The notes under the pieces: model-generated
Told to the model about the DNA's origin: nothing
What the model saw: only the letters and a program-made list of their open reading frames with translations
The model's database searches: none
Shown: one piece after another, positions 25,484 through 36,700 of the stretch
How the letters are laid out: each line of letters begins with the position of its first letter
Numbering within the stretch: position 1 is the first letter of the stretch
Assembly: GCA_030631665.1 (NCBI GenBank)
Contig: DAOVKU010000002.1
Location: 1-37,195 of the forward strand
Direction of reading: 5' to 3'
DNA length: 37,195 bases
From: Candidatus Omnitrophota bacterium
Lineage (GTDB): Bacteria; Omnitrophota; Gorgyraeia; DAOVKU01
Translations under genes and position numbers: made by a program

Positions 25484-27918
25484 AGAACGATTACACAAAA
25501 TACGGACATTTTTCAAAAGACGCTAAAGAATTTATTATAACCAATCCCAATACACCGCGTCCCTGGATAAACTATCTTACCAACGGCACGTATTGTGCCC
25601 TGGTTTCTCAGACCGCAGCGGGTTTTAGTTTTTTCAGAGATTTTAAAACCAATAGAATACTGCGGTGGAACCAGGCCAATGTGCATTTTGACAGGCCCGG
25701 CCGATACATATTTATAAAAGACAAAGATACCCAAAAGGCCTGGAGCGCAAACTGGCAGCCCATAAGGGCTAAATATTCTAAATTTGAATGCCGTCATTCA
25801 TTAGGGTATACGAAAATTTTTCAAAAGAATCACGGCATTGAAAACCGGATAACTTATTTTATTCCGGAGGCAGAATCTTTAGAAGTGTGGCTGGTAAAGA
25901 TAAAAAATACAACAAATAAAAAAAGAAACTTATCTGTTTTTGCCTATTGCGAATGGATGCTCGGTGATTACAGACATGAATTAATCCGTCAGACTATTAT
26001 GGAGTTATATAACCGAGTGTATTTTGATAAAAAAAAGAAAGCTATTATTGCCTATCGAACCGCTGAATGGGAGCCTTTCGCTATAAAAGAGTATAAACAC
26101 AGAAATTTTTTGAGTTGGAGCCTGCCGGTTAAAAGTTTTGATTGTCAGAAAGACGCTTTTGTAGGACGCTACAATACAGAAGAAAACCCCCAGGCGGTCT
26201 TTAAAGGCAAATGCATAAATTCGACCTGTTGCGGCGAGGATGCCATAGGCGCAATGCAGACAGATATTATATTAGGCCCGGGCGAGGAAAAAGAATTCGT
26301 GGTTGTACTTGGCAGGGCGAAGGAAGAGAAATACATAGTCCCCGCGCTTAAAAAATATTTAAAGATATCTATAGCCAAAAAAGTCCTGGCTAAAACAAAA
26401 ACCTTATGGGATAAACGTCTTGGAAATATGTGGGTCCAGACGCCTGATAAAGATTTTAATAATCTGGTAAATATCTGGCTGAAATACCAGCTTTACATGA
26501 CTTGTTTTTGGGGCAGAGACGTATCTTTCTATCACGAAGGCACTTATGGGGGCAGGGGTTACCGGGATAATTGTCAGGACGCAGAGGGCATCCTTTCTTT
26601 AAATAGTAAAATAGCTTTAGATAAAATAAGGACTTTAGCCAGACTTATAAGACGCGACGGCACAAATGCCAGAGGCTGGTCGGATACCTTTGGGCCTTTT
26701 TCTCATAAGGCGGTTAAGGATAATCCAATGTGGCTGACTTCGACTGTGGCTGCTTATATTAAAGAAACAGGAAATATGGAAATTCTAAAAGAGAAAATGC
26801 CCTACTTAAAAGATAAATGGAGAGATGGTTCAACCAGAGAAGACATTAAGTGGAAGAAAGGTGCCATAGAAGACGGCAAGGGTTCGCTTTTCGAACATTT
26901 GTATAAACAATTACAATTTACCTATCATGATACAGGGTCACACGGTTTTCCTTTAATTGACCATTGCGATTGGAATGACGGCCTTGATGCGGTGGGCATA
27001 AAAGGAAAAGGAGAAAGTGTATGGATTGCTATAGGGCTGGTGCGTTCCCTGAAATTATTAAGCGAGATGGCTCTCTTAATTGGCAAAAAGAAAGAGGCCA
27101 AAGAATTAAAGCGGAAAGCTCAGAACTTATCCTGTCACATAAATAAAAAGGGCTGGGATAAGGAGTGGTATATAAGAGGTTTTAAGGATGATGGCTCACC
27201 ATTTGGAACACACAAAGACAAACAAGCCAGAGTCTGGCTTAATTCTCAAGCCTGGGCCATTATGGCAGACTTAGTGCCGGCTAAAAGATTACCTTTGGTT
27301 TTAAAGGCCATGGATAAATATCTTGAGAACGCTCACGGCCGGGACCTTTTCTGGCCTGCTTATACAAAATATGACTCCTCTATAGGCCGGGCAACTATGT
27401 TTTCCCCCGGCACAAAAGAGAATGCGGCTATTTTTAATCATGTGGTGGCTTTTTCTCTGGTAGCGGATTGCATGACAGGAAGGGGAGATAATGCCTATAA
27501 AGTTTTAAGTAAAGTTATGCCCAATAAACAGAGAGATATTGAGTTATACAAGGCAGAACCTTATGTCTTCAGTGAATACCTTATCGGTTCAGGGCATCCC
27601 TATTTATGCGGTGAAGGCAACTTTCACTGGATGACCGGCACAGCAGCCTGGATGTATATTGTGGCTACAGAATGGATTTTAGGCATAAGAAGAGAATATG
27701 ATGGATTATTAATTGACCCTTGCCTGCCTTCAAGCTGGAAAAAGGCCAGGATTATCAGGAAATTCAGAGGTACGAAATATATAATAGAGATAGAGAATAA
27801 AAAGGGGGTGAGCAAAGGCGTTAAGGCCATTTATTTAGACGGCGAGAAGTTAAAGTCTAATCTTATAAAACCAAAGATTGGAAGAAAAGAGTGTAAAGTA
27901 AAAGTTGTTATGGATTAA
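25480..27918 (+). CDS. GH94 glycoside phosphorylase, complete (812 aa)
   Basis: The length matches cellobiose/chitobiose phosphorylases. Catalytic-region motif GGRGYRDNCQDAEG (26551..26592). No signal peptide. ATGA overlap with the LacI stop. Confidence 0.9.
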   Translation: MKNDYTKYGHFSKDAKEFIITNPNTPRPWINYLTNGTYCALVSQTAAGFSFFRDFKTNRILRWNQANVHFDRPGRYIFIKDKDTQKAWSANWQPIRAKYSKFECRHSLGYTKIFQKNHGIENRITYFIPEAESLEVWLVKIKNTTNKKRNLSVFAYCEWMLGDYRHELIRQTIMELYNRVYFDKKKKAIIAYRTAEWEPFAIKEYKHRNFLSWSLPVKSFDCQKDAFVGRYNTEENPQAVFKGKCINSTCCGEDAIGAMQTDIILGPGEEKEFVVVLGRAKEEKYIVPALKKYLKISIAKKVLAKTKTLWDKRLGNMWVQTPDKDFNNLVNIWLKYQLYMTCFWGRDVSFYHEGTYGGRGYRDNCQDAEGILSLNSKIALDKIRTLARLIRRDGTNARGWSDTFGPFSHKAVKDNPMWLTSTVAAYIKETGNMEILKEKMPYLKDKWRDGSTREDIKWKKGAIEDGKGSLFEHLYKQLQFTYHDTGSHGFPLIDHCDWNDGLDAVGIKGKGESVWIAIGLVRSLKLLSEMALLIGKKKEAKELKRKAQNLSCHINKKGWDKEWYIRGFKDDGSPFGTHKDKQARVWLNSQAWAIMADLVPAKRLPLVLKAMDKYLENAHGRDLFWPAYTKYDSSIGRATMFSPGTKENAAIFNHVVAFSLVADCMTGRGDNAYKVLSKVMPNKQRDIELYKAEPYVFSEYLIGSGHPYLCGEGNFHWMTGTAAWMYIVATEWILGIRREYDGLLIDPCLPSSWKKARIIRKFRGTKYIIEIENKKGVSKGVKAIYLDGEKLKSNLIKPKIGRKECKVKVVMD

Positions 27919-27937
27919 GAGGGGAGAGTGATTTAAA

Positions 27938-28510
27938 ATGAATAAGATTTTAAAAATTTCGGCAATATCTATTTTTTTAGTACTTATGTCAATTTCTTCG
28001 TTGAAAGCCGCCGTAGACTATATTTATTTGTTCGACAGCAAAAATCCGAGCATTGAGGACTGGAAGAACGAATTTTATGATAGTTTTTCAAGTAATGCTG
28101 GAATAGAATTAAAACAATATTCAGAGGGCAGCATAGCTGTGATTGAGGGCACTTCTAAGAAAGAGAGTTTTGGTTGTGTATATATGGAGGTAGAGGTTAA
28201 TCTGGACAAATATCCTGTTTTGGAAATTGATGTCGATTCTGTTTCTAAATATTGGTATATAATTATTATCAGTGACCAATTAAAAGGAAAGGAAGAAGAT
28301 GCTCAGGGTAATAAGTTTATTAGAGTTCAACCTGATGTAAATAGAAAAGGCAAGTCCACGTATAATCTTAAGAGTATCACCGGTCTCACCGGCACTCAAT
28401 CTTTTATATTGAAAGTCGGTGTTGCCACAGGCGATGTATATGTGCCCGTCAAGGAACAAACAATGTCTTTTAATTATCTCAGATTAAAAGGAAAGAAAAA
28501 GCGCAATTAA
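27938..28510 (+). CDS. Small secreted protein, A-type module (190 aa)
   Basis: RBS GAGGGGAG. Signal peptide ...SISSLKA|AVDY. The mature part is colinear with giant-1 aa 28-173 and with 29136..29687 (ESFGCVYME, DKYPVLEIDVDSVSKYWYIII, KGKSTYNLKSITGLTG, FILKVGV, LRL). Confidence 0.85.
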   Translation: MNKILKISAISIFLVLMSISSLKAAVDYIYLFDSKNPSIEDWKNEFYDSFSSNAGIELKQYSEGSIAVIEGTSKKESFGCVYMEVEVNLDKYPVLEIDVDSVSKYWYIIIISDQLKGKEEDAQGNKFIRVQPDVNRKGKSTYNLKSITGLTGTQSFILKVGVATGDVYVPVKEQTMSFNYLRLKGKKKRN

Positions 28511-28540
28511 ACTATGTATAAAAATAGAGGGCAAAAGAGT

Positions 28541-29080
28541 ATGAAAAAGATTTTATTTAGTTTGGTTGCGATGATTATGTTTGGGATATTTACTTCAGCT
28601 ATTCAAGCAGAAATTCTTTGGCTGGAGGACTTTTCAGATGTTAATGACTGGATGGTAATATCTGATCCGGGCGAAGGTTCAACTATCACAATTTCCGATA
28701 ATTTAGGAGCGATGTATATTGACAAAGATACTAATGTGGCTGCCTTTACTCCGGTTCAGACCGAGACTAACTTTATTCCATTTGATTTAACAAAAAAATC
28801 CAAATATATTATAGAGTGGAAGGTTGACCACTTAACAGATTCGGTTAGCTGGGATATTGCTATTGACGAATTTGATGCAGATAAACAATATATAAATACC
28901 ATTTGGAACATTTATCCATCAGCAGGAAATATCGCCGAAAAAGGTAAATTTTCAAAAAGCTTAGGCAGTAAAACTTGGAATGTTAAGACCGCTTATATTA
29001 TACCTAAAGTAACTATTCATACAGGAAACGCAAAGCAGACAGTTTACTTTACTTATATAAAGGTAACAAAAAAGCGATAA
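28541..29080 (+). CDS. Small secreted protein, B-type module (179 aa from ATG 28541; alternative ATG 28514)
   Basis: Signal peptide MKKILFSLVAMIMFGIFTSAIQA|EILW. The mature N-terminus LWLEDFSDVNDW mirrors giant-2 TVWTEDFSDVSDW and the AW.E(H/D)F.P.K..W openings of the giant-2 C-terminal repeats. Confidence 0.8.
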   Translation: MKKILFSLVAMIMFGIFTSAIQAEILWLEDFSDVNDWMVISDPGEGSTITISDNLGAMYIDKDTNVAAFTPVQTETNFIPFDLTKKSKYIIEWKVDHLTDSVSWDIAIDEFDADKQYINTIWNIYPSAGNIAEKGKFSKSLGSKTWNVKTAYIIPKVTIHTGNAKQTVYFTYIKVTKKR

Positions 29081-29135
29081 GAGGATAAGCAATACACAAA
29101 GATTTAACTAACTAATTTTAGAAAAAGGAGTTGAG

Positions 29136-29687
29136 ATGTCTAAAATCAACTTAGTAATTTATAGTGTAGTATTAATAATTTCTTTAGTGTTTGCTTATAC
29201 AGTGCATTGCGAGAAAGGTGCTATAGATATTTTTAAAGCTGAGAATGAAAATATAAGTGATTGGCATGAAGGTTGGGCAGGTGAACCCATAGAAGCAACT
29301 ATTGAAATAAAAAAGGATGAAGCTATTATTGAAGGTGCAACACAAGATAAAGCTTTTGGCAGCGTTCATAAGAACATGACCATAGATTTAGATAGATACT
29401 CTGTAATAAAAATTGATGTGAAGTCGGTTAGCTACTATTGGTATTTAATTGTCAGCGGAGAACAATTTCATTTTGACCCCACCAATCCAAGATTAGCTGA
29501 TGGCTATGCTCTCTTACAAGAATCAACTAATAAAACCGGGAAATACAAATATGACCTTAAAAAAATTACCGGTTTATCCGGTAAACAAAATTTTGATTTA
29601 CAAATTGGCGTGGGAAGATTTAGTGGAGACGGTAATATAGGTTGCAAAGCGGTTATTAAAAGTTTAAGGTTTATTCAAATAGATTAA
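29136..29687 (+). CDS. Small secreted protein, A-type module (183 aa)
   Basis: RBS AAGGAG. N-terminal hydrophobic signal. KAFGSVHKNMTIDLDRYSVIKIDVKSVSYYWYLIVSG, NKTGKYKYDLKKITGLSGKQNFDLQIGV, LRF. This is the closest relative of the giant-1 N-terminal module. Confidence 0.85.
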   Translation: MSKINLVIYSVVLIISLVFAYTVHCEKGAIDIFKAENENISDWHEGWAGEPIEATIEIKKDEAIIEGATQDKAFGSVHKNMTIDLDRYSVIKIDVKSVSYYWYLIVSGEQFHFDPTNPRLADGYALLQESTNKTGKYKYDLKKITGLSGKQNFDLQIGVGRFSGDGNIGCKAVIKSLRFIQID

Positions 29688-29730
29688 AGAATTAAACAAA
29701 AAAAGCCTTTAAAAAGACAAAAATTTCTTC

Positions 29731-29773
29731 TTGACAGGTTATTTTTTATCTGTTAATATTGAAGCGCTTCAAT
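29731..29773 (+). promoter_or_regulatory. Promoter plus perfect 16-bp palindromic operator upstream of the PEP-CTERM gene
   Basis: TTGACA (29731..29736), 17 nt, TAATAT (29754..29759), overlapping the palindrome ATTGAAGCGCTTCAAT (29758..29773). The ORF track's TTG 'start' at 29731 is this -35 box. Confidence 0.6.
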
Positions 29774-29823
29774 TAATAATCAAATCGTTTTTCTTTAAAA
29801 AGATAAAGATAAAGAAGAATAAG

Positions 29824-30396
29824 ATGAAAAAGTTAAAAAGTTGGTTGTTGTTGGTGAGTATTTTTATTCTCATCCCTCTTGGTGAGGCAAAGGCCACAAC
29901 GGTTGGGTTTGTGCCTAGTGATGGATCCGCTTCGATCGGTAGTAATTCTTATTTATATGTGGATATCCATGATGTGGAGAATTTGTGGTTTTTCGATATT
30001 GGTTTTAGCTTTGATCCAGATGTACTGCAGATAGCAAAGGGCCCTAAGGGTGATTATATAATTGGTAGTGGGGGATTTTTTGGTGAGAAGGACAGTGGAT
30101 TTAGTAAGAGCGGTAGTAATGTTGATGGGACAGTTGGAGCCGGGGAAAATATATTAGACCCGAATGATCCAGGTCAGTCGGGCAGTGGCACATTATTCAT
30201 AACAAAGTTTAACGCGGTGGGATTAGGAACTACTCCGCTTACTTTCTCCCATGTTACTTTATGGGACCCCGATATGAATGTTATTCCCTGTGAAGTAACG
30301 AACGGCACTTTTACGGTTATCCCCGAATTGACCAGTCTCTTGTTACTTGGTACGGGGTTGGTGTGTTTACTCGGCTTGAAAAGAAAGAGCTGTTAA
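29824..30396 (+). CDS. PEP-CTERM-anchored cohesin-like domain protein (190 aa)
   Basis: ATG 29824. Signal peptide ...PLGEAKA|TTV. Cohesin-like blocks: YLYVDIHDVENLWFFDIGFSFDPDVLQI and GSGTLFITKFNAVGLGTTPLTF. C-terminal sorting signal IPELTSLLLLGTGLVCLLGLKRKSC (PEP-like motif, TM helix, basic tail). Confidence 0.8.
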   Translation: MKKLKSWLLLVSIFILIPLGEAKATTVGFVPSDGSASIGSNSYLYVDIHDVENLWFFDIGFSFDPDVLQIAKGPKGDYIIGSGGFFGEKDSGFSKSGSNVDGTVGAGENILDPNDPGQSGSGTLFITKFNAVGLGTTPLTFSHVTLWDPDMNVIPCEVTNGTFTVIPELTSLLLLGTGLVCLLGLKRKSC

Positions 30397-30614
30397 ATAT
30401 GAGAGCTTGCAATCTTAGGTTCATTTTTGCCGCGTTAATTTTCTCAAAATGTTAAACTTAAATAATTAGTAGAGAAAATTCTTATACCATATTGCAATTT
30501 CTTTCAATTTTTGATATATTTCCTGCTCCGGCCGGGAGAAAGTATAAACTTCAACATAAATTACCTTGTAGGCAAAGATGATTGGGAAAGGGCAGTAAAA
30601 GACAAAATTTTTTC

Positions 30615-30656
30615 TTGAAAGGGTTTATTTTCAAGTTATAATTGAAGCGATTTAAT
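30615..30656 (+). promoter_or_regulatory. Promoter plus degenerate copy of the same operator upstream of giant gene 2
   Basis: TTGAAA (30615..30620), 16 nt, TATAAT (30637..30642), overlapping ATTGAAGCGATTTAAT (30641..30656). The left half-site is identical to that at 29758 and the right half matches 5/7. The upstream A/T tract AAAATTTTTTCTTGA also parallels 29718..29735. Confidence 0.5.
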
Positions 30657-30702
30657 TTTTAGTTATTCATAAATAAAAATTAGTTGAGAAGAAGGAGTAA
30701 AA

Positions 30703-33700
30703 ATGAAAAAATTCCTATTACTTGGTTTAGTGGCTGGTTTTTTTGCGTTGAATCCTTTTTTGGCTCAAGCGACCGTTTGGACAGAGGATTTTAGCGATGT
30801 AAGTGATTGGTCAGCTGCCGAAGGAACCACTTTTACCAGTGATGGTTCCGCAGCTAGATTAGAGGATCTCTCTGATGGTACGGGTTGTACTACCTGGATA
30901 GGTACCAGAGTTTCCTACCAACAAGGGGATTTTGTATCTTTAACTGTAAGCGATATCGATTCTCTTCAAGGCGCCCAGTGGTATTATATAATCCATCAAT
31001 ATAATAATGCTGGGAGTTACATAGGCCAATTAGACGTTTTTCCTCCTTCGACTGATATAGGTATTTTTAATAGTTACTTAACTGCTCACCATCCCGATCT
31101 TGCTAGTTACGACCCGCAACTAAGGATTTATACTCCTGGTGGCAGTACAGGTTACGCTGAGTTTGACGATTTATCTGTTGTTCCGGCCGATGATGTAACT
31201 TTTATCACCTTTGATAATTTTGATTCTCACAAGTGGATTCCTCTTCCAGAACTTGATCCACCAAAACAACCCACCATTTCTTATTCTCCGGCTTATGCCA
31301 GTCAGGGGACGAATGCCTTGAAAGTCGAGTGTCCTGTTTGGGACCCTTTGATAGAAAATAACTTTACCGGCCTTCAAATTTCTCCCCAAATTCCGTCCAA
31401 TCCAGGTGCATCTGTATCTGAAGACTGGAGTAATATTGAAACCTTTAAAATGGAAGCTTGGTTAGAAGAGATTCCGGATGATCCCCCTGGAATGGTTTTG
31501 AGGCTCCGTAATAGTAATGGTGAGCAATGGGACAAATGGCACGTGGTTCAGATTTATAATCGCTGGAACGAACTAAGTTGGAATGTTACCGATTGTCCTT
31601 CACATATTATTAGTGATGTCGCCTACGTAGCTTTAGTGCCGGATTGGTACAACGACCAGACTTTACCTCATTTGACTTTACATTTAGATGATATGAGATT
31701 GTCTAAAAGCGATGGCTCTCAGGAATCATGGGACACTTGTGATGGACCTTCGCATGCCTGGTATGCTGATAGTAATGGCAGTCGAGCCGGATTGACTCAT
31801 AATGATGCCTATTTAACAGAAGCAGGTTCTCTATTCTTGGGATGGTTATATGGGGGCATAGATAATGTGGCTGTGGCTAATTCTGGAAGTATTGACCCGG
31901 CCCTCGATATCTACGGATGTAAGTATGTCAAGGCTAACATTAAATGTTCAAATAAAAATGTTCCTATCAGTCTATCTTTCTACGATGGAAGCGTGGAGAT
32001 TGAAACCACTACCCAGACAGTCAGCGTAGCCAATAATTGGAGCTTACTTGTCTGGGCAATTCCTTTTGATTCTACGTTTAATTATAAAAATATTCAAAGA
32101 GTAAAAGTGATAACTAATGATATTGATGTCTATACCGATGCCTACATCTATATGGATAATTTAAAATTTGGAGCAAACATTACTACACCTACCCAATTTA
32201 CTATTGTATCTGGTGATGAAAAGAATAAATTATACTGGCGCAACCCTGCCAACCCTGACTTGGTTGGCATAGAAGTTATAAGAAATACGGCCCACTATCC
32301 GACCTCAAGAACAGATGGCACCTCAATTTATAATAGCACTCTTGAAGAAAGAGAGGATTACCGTTCTTTTGAAGATGCATTATTAACTAATGGCACCACT
32401 TACTACTATAGTATTTTTGCCTATGATGCCTCTGGGGATAATGACCCAGCCCAAAATTTTGGGCGACCAAATTTCCCCATTATTATCAGTAATGATTATT
32501 ATGAAATAAGCCTATCGGCTCACAATGGCTCTATGGAATATATTAAAGACAAAACCACTCAAGAGAATATTATTATCAATTCTCCTAATAGGGCCTTGTG
32601 GGAAATTCTTTTTGATGAAAACGAAAGGCATGATGCTTCAGAGTTTTCATCTATTTCAAGCGAAAAAAACTTTTCTTATAGTACAGGAGGAAATACGCAT
32701 ACCCTGGTTTATGATTATAACGTGGATGGAGAACAATTTAGTATTGTAATAACCATAGAACAAACCGATAGCAATTACTTTGATGTGATGACTCAAATTA
32801 ATAATCACTTTGGCAAAGGTATCCAGGAGATAAAGACTAAATTTTATTTAGACCGTAGCCAGGTGAAACGCTTTTTTTATCCATACAAAGAAGGCATTTG
32901 TTACCTAAAACAGTTCTTTACGGATAAGATGAAGGCCTGGGTTAATCCTAAAGATAATAAGGCTATCTATCAGCATTTGTTTGCTGATTTTGCTGCCTTA
33001 GAGACTGATTCGGGAAGCAATATCACCTTTTATATGATACAGAGTTCTACTGAGAGATTTCAACCGACCGCCCTTATAATCGATTACGATGAATTATTTG
33101 GAGACGTCAATTATTACTATCAGCATAAGTTTTTCACCTATATTTATAATGATACTTCCTGGACAAGCCCGACTTACCGGATTAGAGTGTCTTCTCCTTT
33201 GGATACTACCGTTTATGACTATGCTGCTGATAACGCATTAGATTCGCCTGTTACTCTGGAAAGCAAAGTCAGAGATACTTATGCTTATGACCCTGACTTA
33301 TACGATAAATTAAAAAACAGTATCTTTGTTAAGACAGGGTTCTACGATATGATTGAACAGCTCAGCATTGACTCACACGATATCTTTAACTATGTTGCTA
33401 ATACCTTAATGCCGATGTTACCCTCTCCATGCATTTTGACCGTAACTCATTACTGGCTACCTTTGGATGATAGCCCTGATGCCGTAATTGAATTTACAGA
33501 AAATAACCAGCCGGATGCTCTGCCTCCGAGCCCATACTATTCTTCCGGCAATACTTACGAAAGCGCAGAACAGGAATTTCAAAATATATTTGATAAAGCT
33601 CATGAAAGAAACATTTTGGTATCACCATTTTCTAATTCTACTGTATGGAACGACTTGGACGAATATACAGATGCACAAAGAGAAGGTGTCGCCAAGCGTT

Positions 33701-36700
33701 ATTTAGACGGAGGATTTACCGTCACTGACTTTGGCCAAAAAGGAGGATATATCTCTAGTCCATGGCACCCGGATGTTAAAGTAGTTAATAGAAGGACGAT
33801 TGAAGGTATCGGCTTTTTTAACGACCCCAGCGACCCAATGTATGACCCTGGCAGTCCATACAATGAAGCAGGTTATAAAGGCTATAGAGAATATGGCGCA
33901 GATGTCTTATTTGAAGACCAGATGGCAGCCAGACCTTGGGATTATGACACAAACGATTCCGTACCTTACCTTGAGGACTATCCAACTTTGAAAGATTACA
34001 CTGCCTACGGCGAAGGAATGTTAAGGATGGCTGAGGAAGACTGCCAGCGGATGCCGATATTTACCGAAGGTTTGTGGGACAGAATGATTGACTTTATGTA
34101 TGGCTTTTGTGGTTCTATTATAGAGAAGCACTGGCACTTAGACAAAAATCACCAGAGAGACAGTAAGTATTCGCACTGGGGCCCTGAGTTTGAAAATTGG
34201 GAAATGTATCCTATGGCAAACCTATTAACACATCATAAAGTTGCTTTTTACCAACATAACCTTACTTACTGGACCTTATTCTGCAATAAAGAACCTGAAG
34301 ACAGCAATAGAAACCTGCTTACCTATGACGCTGTTTATGGATATAATTTAGGATTTGTTGTGGTAGAGCCCGTTACTGAGACCAATTTAGGCTGGTTAAG
34401 AGTTGGCGACGCTTATCAGAAGGCGCTTTTATCCAAGACCTTTGGCAAAAAGATGATTGATTTTCACAACATAAACGGAAACAACAAACACGTCCAGAGC
34501 CAGTTTGAGAGCGATTCAGGCACAATTACCATCATAGGTAACTTCTATGAGGATGTTACTTATGATATGGGAGATTATACACTTTCGCCACTTGGATTTA
34601 TAGCTACCAGTGAAAATGGAGATTTAGTTGCCGGTGTATTTTCTAATGAATTTAATAACGCCCTTCTTTCAAGCGGCGAACATTATCTAATTGTAGAAAA
34701 ATCAGCCGATGGAAACATAATAACTGTCAAGCAACCCAGAGGAACCGATACAGCTTTAATTATTGATAGGCCCAGCGATTGGATAAATGACAATGAGATT
34801 TATTTGCTCAAAGTTCTGTCTAATGGCACAGAGTTGTTAGGTGACTTTACTAATAAAACAGCAACTACACTTGAATTTGATTTTAATGTCACTGACCCTG
34901 TTAGCGGATATAGCGTCAATGGATATAAAATTTATGGCAATCAGTCTTCTTCTATAAAGCCACCTTTCTTTATATCAGTGCCACAAGCAAGAAGTGCAGG
35001 TCCGACTTCGGAGAAGATAACCTGGATGACAGATGAAGCGGCGAATAGCCTTGTAGAATACGGCACAACAATCAGTTATGGTTCAACTGTAAGCGACGCC
35101 AACTATGTAACTGACCACCAAATAATTATAACAGGTTTAACAGAAAGTCAAACTTATCATTATAGAGTTCAGTCTACAGATGTTGATGGGCATACTGCCA
35201 CTAGTGGTGATTATACTTTTGTAGTTGGTGGCACAGCCTGGCAAGAACATTTTGATCCGGCAAAATCTACCTGGGTAGAACAAGGAATTACACTAACGGA
35301 TGAACCAGGTACAACAGCCACCTTGACCGAAAGCGACCCTGTCAATAGTTATGGAAAAGCCGAATCTGAACTGATTACCTTAGATGTTGATACCTATTCT
35401 AAATTATTGGTCACCTCAACCGCTGTAGATACTGACTGTAACTATACCATCCAAATTCAAGAAGAGGGTGGTGCCTATGCTTCCAAGAACGTCATCGAAG
35501 GTATCACTCAACCCGGCACTCAAGTTGTTAATATTGCTACTGTGATGGGATGGAGCGGGGTAATGTCATTTAAGATAGGTGTTTGGGTTGATGGAGAAGG
35601 AAAAAGTGTAGTTCTGGATCTAATTGAAATAAAAGAAGCTGACAGTAATTCTCCTGTCATTACCTCAGGCCCTGGTGTCAGCCCCGGAGATACACAAGCC
35701 ACTATTATTTGGACAACGGATGAAGAAGCCGATAGTGTGGTTGAGTATGGCTTAGATGCTAATTATGGCTCTAGTGTTTCAGATACTGCCATGGTTATAG
35801 ATCACTCTCTGCAATTAACCGGCTTAACAGCCAATATTTTGTATCATTATAGAGTAAAATCCACAGATCCTTTTGGTAATACTGTCACCAGTAGTGATTA
35901 CACTTTTACTACTTTAGCTGGTGGTACAGCCTGGCAAGAACATTTTGATCCAGCAAAATCTACCTGGGCAGAACAAGGGATTACACTAACGGATGAACCA
36001 GGTACAACAGCCACCTTGACCGAAAGCGACCCGGTCAATAGCTATGGAAAATTAGAATCAGAAGTTATTACCTTAAGCTTATCTGCCTACCCTCAATTAA
36101 TTATTACTTCCACAGCTATAGATGAGAACTGTAGTTATCATATAGGCATCCAAGAAGAAGGCGGGGCTTACGCCTATAAGAATGTTCTTGAGGGCATTGC
36201 TCAACCCGGCACCAACGTAGTTGATATTGCTTCTGAAATGGGTTGGAGCGGCACCAAATCCTTTAAGATAATTATCTGGATAAATGGTGAGAGTAAATCC
36301 GCTGTCTTTGATCTTATCAGTATCGGAACTACCACAACAGCTTGGATAGAACATTTTGATCCTATCAAGCCCAGCTGGAACGAAGCAGGAGCCACCTGGA
36401 ATGATATCACCGGCACTACCGCCATACTTACAGAGAATGATCCCGTACTTAGTTATGGCAAGGTTGAGTCCGAAGTTATTACTTTAGATTTATCTACTTA
36501 TCCTCAATTAGTAGTTTCCACAACCTCAATAGATACTAACTGTAGTTATAATATAGGAATCCAGGAAGAAGGCGGGGCTTATGTTTATAAAAATGTATTG
36601 GAAGGCGTTTCTCAGCCTGGCAGTAATGTAGTAGACCTTGCAGCTGAAATGGGTTGGAGCGGACTAAAATCATTTAAGATAGTTGTTTGGGTAAACGGTG

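Noticed and set aside
90-29369. All minus-strand ORFs of 60-131 aa in the track, up to and including 29184..29369 (for example 90..410, 5486..5809, 10994..11353, 12067..12351, 14776..15066, 15741..16136, 16608..16961, 17727..18101, 22532..22900).
   Set aside because: Each lies entirely antisense to a long + strand gene with strong family motifs. None has a recognisable motif, an RBS or an intergenic setting of its own. The pair 12067..12351 and 14776..15066 simply mirrors the 224-bp intragenic repeat.
29731-29823. ORF-track start (TTG 29731) that gives a 221-aa product for the PEP-CTERM gene.
   Set aside because: That TTG is the TTGACA -35 box of a well-formed promoter. The N-terminal 31 residues it would add are low-complexity (FFFKKIKIKKNK). 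The signal peptide begins at ATG 29824.
30399-30452. A 17-codon ORF (MRACNLRFIFAALIFSKC) just downstream of the PEP-CTERM gene.
   Set aside because: It has no RBS and no recognisable motif, and it is very short. It is most likely non-coding spacer.
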